From positions 8,060,001 to 8,124,000 of the forward strand of contig CM035353.1 of the NCBI GenBank assembly GCA_020137815.1: a DNA stretch of 64,000 bases. The letters run 5' to 3'. This document shows, piece by piece, positions 20,601 to 61,000 of this stretch. A model generated the notes under the pieces. It saw only the letters and a list, made by a program, of their open reading frames with translations, ran no database searches and was not told where the DNA came from. Position 1 is the stretch's first letter, and the number at the start of each line of letters is the position of its first letter. Position numbers and translations under genes: made by a program. Source of the stretch: Hormiphora californensis (Eukaryota > Animalia > Ctenophora).

Positions 20601-21547
20601 CTCTCTTGTGGCCTACTGAAACAACCATATTAATGGTAAGTGCCACAGATTTGAAGCTGAACCGTCAATGTGAATGTGTGTGATGGCTAGATATTTTATT
20701 GTTTGTTTAATAATTAATTTACAAAGCCTCATCCTCAGATAAGAAGTACCACTGCAAGAAACCTAACTGCCATCGACTCTTCAAAACCGAGACTGAACTA
20801 CTGAACCACCAATGTAGCACTGTGAAACGGAAAGTTAACCGTAGTATTGAACCAAAGAAGATCCACCAGTGCCCCAAGTGTGACAAGAGATATACTGAAA
20901 AACAAAACCTTCGCAGTCACATCAGGAATGTACACGAGGGTGTAGGAAATTACAAGTGTTTGTACTGTGGTTACCTTACTGATAGTAAGTCTTTATTTGA
21001 TAAACACAAAGCTACACACTCAGAGGAGAAGATGTTTCAATGTAACCAGTGTAACTACAGTGCTATTGAAAAGAGAACACTTACTCTTCATGTACATAGA
21101 CACCACAGCAGCACAAAGACCTTCAAATGTAGGTATAAACAGTGTGGTGTCAAGAAACCGTCCCAGGAGGAGTTGTACGAGCACATCAGAACTGAACACC
21201 CGATAAAGAAACACCAATGTACCGTGTGTCCCATGTCATTTGGAGATACCCAGGCTTTATCCAGGCACATGTTGACCCACAGTGGTGTACGGCCGTTCCA
21301 GTGCGAGTACTGTGGTAAGGGGTTTACACAGGAGGGTGATTACAAGAAACACCAACTGGTACACTCAGGTGCACAACCACACAAGTGTACGGTGTGTGGT
21401 AAGGGGTTTAGTCAGAAAGGTGATCTTACAAGACACATGAGGATACACACAGGGGAGAAACCCTTTGCTTGTTCTTACTGTGGGAGAAGGTTTAATCGGA
21501 CTGGACATGCTAGGGACCATGAGTCTACCTGTCCACAGAGACCTTAA
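17614..21547 (+). CDS. PRDM9: PRDM9-like histone methyltransferase: ancestral KRAB, SSXRD-like segment, Zn-knuckle, PR/SET, post-SET finger and 8 further zinc fingers; 10 exons
   Basis: Exons 17614-17869, 17946-18134, 18221-18449, 18558-18833, 18923-19093, 19201-19613, 19682-19888, 20070-20276, 20388-20507, 20739-21547 join in frame with GT-AG. KRAB-like YKDINTYYS...YELQRFQRIYQNWEKMVEVGL...RP; RRNPVRKAKEGISYTLCDDDDDTDDY; CWRCKDFVPSICELHG; SKIPNAGFGVFA...GEYRG...GYAW...SNWLRFINCAR...ELLLFYGDEY. Confidence 0.85.
20512..20571. repeat. 60-bp palindrome in intron 9 of the PRDM9-like gene
   Basis: CAACAAATAGAAACACGTTGGTTTACA|TGTAAACCAACGTGTTTCTATTTGTTG. Confidence 0.85.
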
Positions 21548-22283
21548 ACTATTGATGTCATAAATCATTCACATTGTGGAATCGAACATTGATGTACAGA
21601 TAGGGTGCGGATACTGTTGGGCGTATGACAATATTCTAGGCTTGAGGTTTTGGTCTGTTGGATCGCATATATCGTGTATTTTGTTAAAAATCGATGTCAC
21701 TCTGTCGTTACTTGTGTTTTCTATTTTGTGAGCCAATCGTTTTATTTCTGTCAAAAGTCAAACCAAACTTTGAAAAGCTGCATGCAGTTCCCTCTACAAC
21801 TGCACTGTCCTAGTGACACCTATCATATCTTCATCTCAGCTTGTCAAAGACCAAAGTATCCCAAACTAAACCTGATCACCTGTTGGTCATGGTTGCTGCC
21901 AGGCAAATCAGGAGTTGACACGTTCCTTGTCTGTCAGCTCTCACACCGGGCCTTCGGCCCGGTGTGAGCTTACGCGAGCTGACAAGTCCGAGGCCGATAG
22001 ACAGACTGCGTAGCATGGCAAATCAGGAGAGACGTCCACCACCACAGTCGGTACCTCATTGAGTTATGTAACGCGCGGGTATTCTCTACAGGGTAAAGTA
22101 TCTTGGTGTCACCTACACGCGCGCACTTTAAACTCTGGTTTCTGCAGCTGCTGCGACAGATTCAGTTCTCTGTCTGCCTCGTTATTTGCCGCTCCGGGAG
22201 TCGGGACAAGTTGTTTCTGTTAGTGTTAGGATTCTGACACACTTCTCTGACAGAACTGAGTAGTACCAGTGAGTATCTGATTA

Positions 22284-23037
22284 GGGTAAGCTGGGGTAAA
22301 AGTGGCCCACTTTTAACGTTTTAGGTTCTAAAATACGCAATTTATACAGCAGGAAGAAAAAAATTATATAGGCTATCCAATGAAACCTTTTCCTTTCAGC
22401 CGAGCTAAATTTTATTATCTACAAGTTTTATTTAATGGGTTAATTAATCAATTCAAATAATTTGGTGAGGCGTTTTTTGGAAAATTTGCACCGGGGCAAA
22501 GTGGCCCAAGCCAATAGCATTGCTCGATTTTATCACGTGCCTGGTGTTGTTAGACGAAACGATCAAACTAGGGGCAAAGTGGCCCATGTTCTGCACCGGA
22601 ACATGGGCCACTTTGCCCCTAATTTGATCGTCTGTACTACATTTTTGTGCATTCCAATATCACGTGGTATTGCAGGCGCCATTTCATTGGTCCTAGAGGT
22701 GGGCCACTTTGTCCCAGACCGGACCACTTTGCCCCGGAGAGTGGGCCATATTTGCCCCGATTTCACAAAATTGACAATTAAGACAACAAAAATGCCAATT
22801 TCTTCAAAAATTTTTATACCACGTTTTAGAGAATTATAAAGCCTAACTGGCAGTTTTTGCAAAATTAAAATCGGCCAACCCAAACAGAAATGACAGCAGT
22901 TTTAAAGCGAAAATTCGGAACAGAACGAGCAGGTCTCCGCTGGAGAAAAAGTCACGTGACCACATGTAATAACTAGGGCCACTTTGCCCCATACATGGGC
23001 CACTTTACCCCGCGGGCCATTTCACCCCAGCTTACCC
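22284..23037. mobile_element. MITE with TA TSD (Tc1/mariner/pogo-type)
   Basis: TA-GGGTAAGCTGGGGT ... ACCCCAGCTTACCC-TA; internal GGGGCAAAGTGGCCC repeats in both orientations. Confidence 0.88.
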
Positions 23038-23350
23038 TATATGAATTCGTAGGATGTGCATGTGAGAGACGTTCCCGGCGTGTGAAACTTTCACTGAAGC
23101 ACTACAACTCAACAATAGCAGGTACGGACTTGCTTCTTCACAATTTAAACTCTAGCTAGAGTTTAGACGCTTCGTGCCATAACTACTTGACATGCTATAC
23201 CACTGTCCTCCTGTCAGAGCATTGGTCTGACCCTACTATCATTTCTTTCAGAGCATTGTCTTGGCCCGACAGACCCAAAACCCAAAGACAAGCAGTGTTG
23301 ATACCGATATTATAGACCGCTGATATTATAGACCAACTTACACAGGATAC

Positions 23351-23699
23351 CGGTAAAGGTTGACCCGTCTCCTGAGAATTATATTTTTATTTGGCCAAAA
23401 CTCAGCCATTTCTTGACCAATTTGCAAAATATTGGGCTCGTTGGAAAGAGGACATTGAGCTCTTTCATTTGAGCCCAAGAAAATCAAAATCGGCGCAAAT
23501 TGCGCGGCGCAATGGCGCAAAATGCGCGTTTTCGCCACTACGCCGCGCAATATGCGCCAATTTTCATTTTATTGAGCTCATTTTAAAGATCTTAATGTCT
23601 TCTTTCCAATGAGCCCAAGATTTTGCAAATTGGTCAAGAAATGGCTGAGTTATGGCCAAAACAGTTTTAAATTCTCAGGAGACGGGTCAACCTTTACCG
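23351..23699. mobile_element. Foldback MITE
   Basis: 30-bp perfect TIR CGGTAAAGGTTGACCCGTCTCCTGAGAATT with near-palindromic interior; no clear TSD. Confidence 0.82.
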
Positions 23700-24586
23700 C
23701 TTACCATCATATGACTATTATTGTTCATCATTCACATTGTTATGTGATTGGGGGAGGGGGTGCCAAGTGATGTTTGTATAAGCCTGATCACAATATTCCC
23801 TTTCAGTTTCGAACGCTGGAGCCGTACCAACACACTATCACTACATGTGGACTGTGGAGATATCCCAAAACAATAACAACTTTTGGCTTCTCCTCTCCTC
23901 CTACATACTGGTAACTTCATCGTGAATTTCATTGATAATTGATCATTCTAAAAGCAGAACAGAAATGTGTGGGACCCTTTGTTTACAATATCACCTCCTT
24001 GTCCTCACCCCTTTTTATTTCTCTCTCTCACTCCTTTTTAATTTTATTTATCTCCCTCACCCTTTTCAATGTCTCGCTCATTCATTCTACCGCGGTCGTG
24101 TGTAGAGTTTCTCTCTCAGTTGGCAGTGGTCTGGTAATTCTGGTATTTCTATCTCCCCCGTCCCACTTACTCCGGTACCGGGGCTGGAGCACTCTTTCTA
24201 TGTCTCAATACTTTATTTTCCCTGCGTTCTATTTCTCTCTCTGTGTTAACCTTAACGTTGGAGTAATTGTTAAAAGTGATCCCTTATATAATCCTACCGA
24301 AAAATATTATATACCGGCCTAAATCATCGAATTCCTTTCTCTCGCCCTAGTGATAATTTTGTAGCTGCTTTAAAGATCGACCTGGTTACATAACAGTGTA
24401 TTCTGAGATGTGGTATATCAGTCACACACACACGTCTCAATTGATGGACCTGGTTATTGAGCACGTGTGTATATGAGTTGTACATTGTTCTCACTGGAAG
24501 AGCTGTTTACTACTTGGTGTGTATATTGTTTCGGTAGTCAATGACTGTAGTTACTATACCTCCCAGCTGTACACACACATTACATC

Positions 24587-25254
24587 GGGGGGGGGGGGGG
24601 GCCGGCTGAAGTTTTTGAAGTTTGAAGTTTTCCACCCTACTTTTTGAGTTTTTGAAGTTTTTGAAGTTGACTTCAAAAACTTCAAAAACTTCAAAAACTC
24701 TAAACTACTTTTATATGCTATCAGTGACTATTATTACACTTGTTTAGGTTAGTTTCATGCTTAATACATATTGTGGCAAAGTTATCCGTTCTTGTCTGCC
24801 CTTTTTCTACCACAAATTAGGATATTTACAATGATTCCTAGCCATGAAATCCATGGCACAATTTGGTGTAAAAAATTTAAATTTTTTGTAAAAACAGATT
24901 TCATTTTCATTCTATAACTCAAAAAATTGCCTAGAAAATGCTAAGAAAGTGTTTAAAAATTATGAAGTAAATTTTCAAAAAAATTTTTGGGGGCCACACC
25001 CTTTTTGCCAGTTTCACAAAATGCAAATTTTTTATTAAGGGAGTAGTGAAAAAAATATGGACACCAAAATCATCAGCGGCCTCGAGTTTATATAAGAGTT
25101 ATGAAGCAACATAGGGCCTATCTCCAACGGTTTAGGAGATATGAGTTTTTGAAGTTTTTGAAGTTTTTGAAGTTTTCCACCCTAAGTTTCTCTTTGAAGT
25201 TTTTGAAGTTGACTTCAAAAACTTCAAAAACTTCAGCCGGCCCCCCCCCCCCCC
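24587..25254. mobile_element. Non-autonomous DNA transposon with G-tract/C-tract termini
   Basis: (G)n-CCGGCTGAAGTTTTTGAAG ... CTTCAAAAACTTCAGCCGG-(C)n; TSD attacatc at 24579-24586 and 25255-25262; (TTTTTGAAG)n subterminal repeats. Confidence 0.9.
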
Positions 25255-25661
25255 ATTACATCACACGCACCGTCCTGATCAAATCTGGAACTTAATTCAC
25301 CCGGCCCTCTGAGCTCCCTTCTCCCTTTGATGTTTATCAGCCATTCTTCTACTAGAAGTTCTAGCAATTGTATTTTTGTTTCAAGGGTACAGTTTGTTTG
25401 AGTTATTCCAATTCCATTTCCACTGGAAATGATCCAGTATTCAAGGGCCGTAATATCATAGCATCATGGAAGACACAAGATATATGTGTGATTGTTATAC
25501 GTCACACATAGCATCCCATATCATAACATGCACATTAGTTGGCCCATGGGGAGGGGTGTGTGTGTGGTTTGACTTCTGCAGTTCTGTTGTTGTAATTTCC
25601 TTCGCGCTCTTTCTCGTCTTTCTTGTTCTCTTCTTCTCTTGTTGCTTGTTCTCTCTTTTTT

Positions 25662-25779
<118 letters not shown>

Positions 25780-26068
25780 AGCCCCTCCTAGCCCCATGTG
25801 TTTACATATCATGCCCCTTTGAATATGACTGCATATATATTGTGTGTTATTCTAGCGGTCCTCCCCTCATCCTTCTCACTCCCGTCGGAACACAAGGAAT
25901 AGCCTAACTTGTTGAAGCTACTAATTCTTGTTTAGTTTTCTTGACATTTTTTATTTTCTTTTTGCATTTTTCAGTTTCTTGCGAAAAATACTACTTCCAT
26001 GCCTTTACAATGTTTCCTGACAGGTCAAAACAAGAAATGTATTATTACTGAGTTGTGACAATGAGACA

Positions 26069-54529
<28,461 letters not shown>

Positions 54530-54909
54530 GGCTACATCGTCTGGGACAATGGACTGCTGTGAAATCAAAACTTAAATCAATCTGATTCCTTGAACAATCT
54601 GGAAATCTTGAAACTTTTTAGGGACTTAAAAGGGTCAAGGTTCTTTTTAATTTTTAGATAAACCTTCTTATCTAGGGATCCTAATGTGACATGTGATCTG
54701 ACATGTGAATGTGATATAAATGTGTGCAAGTTGTGTTTTTTCTATTTCAGTTCTTGACACCTTACCGTGGTTGTCAAAATTTAATTGACCGACTCCTCCG
54801 AATTAAAATACAGAAAGTGGGTATATTAAACATTCATGCGACTATTAAACAATCATACAGATCACATTTCAGCGCTCAAAATATCAGGTAACAACCTGGT
54901 TGACTGTTC

Positions 54910-56119
<1,210 letters not shown>

Positions 56120-56712
56120 TATCTGAACGTGGAAATGGTTTATTAGGACTTTATAGCTGCATTATAGTACAGAGAAACACGGGTCTGTAGTGTTCAGATA
56201 ATCGACCCCCATCCGCCTTCACAGTGAAGTTCACCACGAGAAAATTTCAGAAAGGCCGGGCCCGGGTCAGGGACAACAAGAAAAGTTGGAGGGCACGTAG
56301 TTTTATGAATTGTGCTGCAGGGTGCAGTTGGGAACTGCGTCATGTGGGCAATGCATGGGCAGATCGGGACTGGGAAGAGGACGACCCGGCCGCAACAGAC
56401 AGAGACTGTGGAGCTGTGGAAATTATTTTTGGACCGGGTTGGACTTGGATAGACCAACTATTTTATTCTGATCCTTTCAGTTCCACTTCCAGCCTAGTTT
56501 CCGAATTGGATTCAAATTCCCGTCTCCTTTTTCGGCCGATCGGAACCGAACCAATAGGATTTTACCTATACCATGAGACTTGATACACAGAGATTTTGGG
56601 GGTTTTTGAAATAAATTGCTTCGTAAAGAATACAGTAGTAATGCATATAATATCTGCCCTCATTCCTCAACCCTATAGTATCGCACTAAACGATATTGGA
56701 TCTAATGTAAAC

Positions 56713-57555
56713 GGGGGGGGGGGGGGGGGGGGGGGGGACATGTTAATTTTGTTAACTTTGTTAATATTAACATCGAGAAAACAGGTGATTTATTAACAAA
56801 ATTAACAAAAAGTTAACAAACGTTAACAAATGCCATTTATGCCATCTAAATCCCCTTTAGCACGTATTTTTGGTATTTAACACTTGTTCTGTGAGCAAAG
56901 TTGGTCCATCTGCCCGATTTACATACCACCACTACCTCTTCTACGGCTTTTTTACAGCGATTAGTTCAATTGTGTAAATTTTAATAAGAACTAGCCAAAC
57001 TAAACTGCAATTGAAGTCAAATGACCCTAATCCACATTTTCCAACCCTAAAAATTAAATAAGACTCGTGACATTACCTTAAAACGAAAAAAATCCCAAAA
57101 ATCTATTTTTCTAAAAAACACAAGGATTTGTAGCGAAGCAAATTTCAATCTTTGACCAAAAAATTGATTTTGGAAAAATTGTATTCCTTTTTCCAACAGA
57201 AACGTTGTATATCATCTTGTTAAGTCCAAAGAATCGATTACCAATGAAAAAATTACGTTAAAGTGAGATTTTAGACACTTAATTGAAATATTTGTAACTT
57301 TTGGATTTTTATCGATTTTGAGCCAAAAAACCTGTATGTCGGACTTTGGTTATCGGAAAAGGCCATATTTGGGTAAATATGTGTTAGGTAAGTCATTAAA
57401 CTATAAAATTAAACCAGTTAAAATCGTATTATCAACCAATAAGAACAGTCTTTTAGCATTTGTTAATTTTGTTAATTTTGTTAATTAACGTTAATTAACA
57501 AAATCGAAAAAAGAGGTGATTTATTAACAATTAACATGTCCCCCCCCCCCCCCCC
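56713..57555. mobile_element. Non-autonomous DNA transposon with G-tract/C-tract termini
   Basis: (G)n-ACATGTTAATT ... AATTAACATGT-(C)n; TSD atgtaaac at 56705-56712 and 57556-57563; (TTTTGTTAA)n subterminal repeats. Confidence 0.9.
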
Positions 57556-58044
57556 ATGTAAACAGCTAAAACTGCCCTCGAATAGCTTTTTACCAATAAA
57601 CGTTTAGTTCAACAGTCATATCTCTGAGATAGAGACTGGTTACGCAACCAAGATCTCAATCTCATCAGGTAATACAGCTGAGATACGTCGCGGACCAGGG
57701 TTCAGAGCTTTACTTTACCCTTGTATAAATAATAGTTCTTTTCGCTTACTTGTCATGAGCCCTCCCACAAGCACTCAAACATTTTAATAAATATTAATTG
57801 GTCCTGAATTACCAATGAGCATTTCTAGCATCTGCATAGGATCAGCAGTAAAAATGAATGATCAACATTCAACAGTTAAAAGAGTCTTTAACAATTCAAG
57901 CTCACTCTAACGACTCTTCTCTCCGCTACTATCACTAATTATAAATTACTTCTTGCTAGATCATACTCAATTGTCTCTCAAAACACCCTCATATAAAAGT
58001 TCATTGTTCATTGCACGGGGTCCTAATTAATTCCCCTCTCCTCC

Positions 58045-61000
58045 TTACAACCACGGGTAGAGTGCAGGGTCCAGTTTACACAGTATTTCAGGGGTCGTCA
58101 TGAGACTGATGATGGAGGGTAGCTTGCTCTCAGCCTTGTCGAAACTCGCTGCAGTCTCAAGTCGAACAGTTATCTGGTTCACTGCACACTGAAATGATGT
58201 GGTTGTTATTAGGGAGGAGGAAAAGTGTGAGGGATGGCGTAGTGCAAAGCATAGTTTCGGGTAGTTGAGGACCCCCCTTCAAACAATAGCCAATGAAACC
58301 CCCAGGTCCAAGTTACTAACCTGAGTGTCCTCTATCATGGCGAGGTTCCTTGCCTCACTGGGATCTTTGATACACGCCTGGGCTTCATCCTTTAACATGG
58401 CATACAGTATAGCATCTGTACCTGTTGTACAGAGGAGGGGTGGGGTTAAAGGAGGGTAGTTACATAACAACATATTATAAAACTGAGGTTTGTTCCACGG
58501 GATCACAGACGCCACGTCTACACTCTACAATCTACATACCTAGTTTAGGGTCAATAAGGGTGCGTGCTGCTGCAATCATTGCAAACAGGAAGGGACCAGA
58601 TAGTGCGATTGGGCCCATCAACATGATCATATTGGGGGTCACCCTCAGTGGTATATGCTGCTCCTGGACGAACTCTCCTGTGGTGAAGTCGTGGGGTTAG
58701 GGTGGGGTTAGATGTCACATCACGGGTGTCGGGTTTAGATCTGGGGACGGTTTGGGGTGTCACATCACGGGGTTAGATCTGGGTTTGCCCGCGTAGCGGG
58801 CAAGCCCCGTAGGGGCGCGCGAACATGAGGGGCGCGACGTGCCCAAGATCTGGGTTTTGAAAGGCTGCAAACAGCGGGGTTTGGAATCCTACCTGTCTCC
58901 ATGTTGCATGGTATGTGGTAGTGTATTGCCGACAACTGCCCTGTCTCTTGGGTAATGTAAATGTGTTCAGGTTTCAGACTGATCACATACAGAGAGAACT
59001 GTGCCAGACAGTCCAGGGCGGTATGTCGGGTGATTTGCTGTCTGAAGTTCCAGAACATAACAGGATCAGGGTAGGTCTTCTTAGCCCAATCTGAGAGGGG
59101 TGGGAGAGTGTCAGTACAGAGTGGGAGTGTCTGAGAGGGGTGGGAGAGTGTCAGTACAGAGTGGGAGTGTCTGAGAGGGGTGGGAGAGTGTCAGTACAGA
59201 GTTGGAAGGGGGATCGTTGAATTGTAGTTACTTCGAGACCCTAATCTTCTGCATGAGCCACTACATACACCTGTATACACCTACCAAGAAGTACAGTGGG
59301 AGGTAGGATGTGGGTCTGAATGTAATGGTATATCTTGTTAAGTGCTATCCTGTTCAGCACTGACCCATCATTCTGCATGTGTCCTGGAGAGAAAGAGCAG
59401 GTTTAGATCAGTCTCACCCAATATTTTATGTTAAAATTAATATTAAGATACATCATGATACCACAAAATGAATGGGATACAGAAAACCAACTCCAATATA
59501 CCTAGCTGATCGTAATAGTAAGCGATGGGAGCATCTATTTCCATTTCAGGGGTCCGTGTCTTGCAGTACCACCTGTATATCTCTAACAGTGACATGTTGG
59601 TAGTGTTATCCTCTATTAGCCTGCTTCCCGGTGCTATGGCAACCACTTTAGGAACATTCCATTGGAGGTTCCTCCTGCAGGATTCCTTCCTTTGCAGCAG
59701 AGAGGAGTTCAACATTCGGAGGAGCTGTAGGAACCTGTGGAGTTAAATTGTGTTAGAGACAACGCCTGGTACTGTAAATACTAAAAGTATGTGATGTTTA
59801 TGGTGGCTAGATACACAGTGTGCACTGTGCAGTGTAGTCCCTTGTATAAAGTGAGATCAGTCAGGTTGTGTTATGTACTAACCTCTCCTCGGATCGTGCA
59901 CGGGGAATGTTAGCTGATGTATTAACCATCAGATACGGGTACACTTTACCATTACTACCCCTGTAATAATAATGTTAGTTAGGGTTAACATTTGATCTAT
60001 AATGATAAACAGGGATGTAGTTCTATAACGGGGGACTATAACGGGGAACTATAACTCAGTAGAGTGACTACAATAATGTTGTCACTGAACAGGTAACACT
60101 CAGTATAGTCACTACAACACTTATTGACCTACCTAATAAAGAGTCTGCGGGCGGTAAGGCTGTGTTTCCTCACTGTCTCAATCTTGGGCAGGAACCTGGC
60201 AATCTTGATGTAGTGAGACTTGGGTGTCAGATACTCCCCTATCAGATACACATCTGGGGAGGGAGGCATTACTATTAGGAGGGGAGGCATGAGAGGAGGG
60301 GTTGTGGCCAGAGAGTTACTGTCAATGATCGAATGTCCCGGATTTCAGGCCGGGTTTGATCATTCTATCCCCCTGCAATGTAGTTGATTGAAACACAATA
60401 CCTGCAGTGCTGGGGCAGAATTTTGAGAGGAAGGAACACCGTTCCTCGATATAAGTTTTGCTGCTGTTCATTTGTGTCTTATCCAGCATCTTCACCCAGC
60501 ATTTCAGAGTCTTTAGCACCTGTAACATCACACATAGTTGGACATTGGTCACAAGATATGAGTGCACTGTCGCTGAGAATCAAAACAGGGGACAGCACAG
60601 GGAGAGGGTCTAACATTGTAGTACCCACGGTGCAAGGTTGGGAAGGGATCTCAATATGTTACCTTGTGCAACTTCTTTCCCTGGTTGTTGGTAAAATCAA
60701 AGTCTGCTTCAAATCGCTGCTTCATGTTTTGTCGGGAGCTCTCACGGGAACCTCTGCTGGGTACTGTGTAGAGAGGGAATGATAAAACTAGTGCTAACAA
60801 AGAATACAATAATATCAGGACAAGATCAATTCACCACCAGGGCCAGGGAAGGGTTACTATTATAAGTTCCAGGGAGGGGTTAGTGACCCCTGAGTTACCA
60901 TGACTACTATACCAGTGGCAGTAATACCTTGTTGTAGGTAGGTAATGATTCCGGTTATGTAGCGGTGTATTTGGTGTGATATCTTGACATTGAGCACATC

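Noticed and set aside
58765-58860. Twin GC hairpins in a TRRAP intron
   Set aside because: Probably a small repeat remnant; too short to assign boundaries or function.
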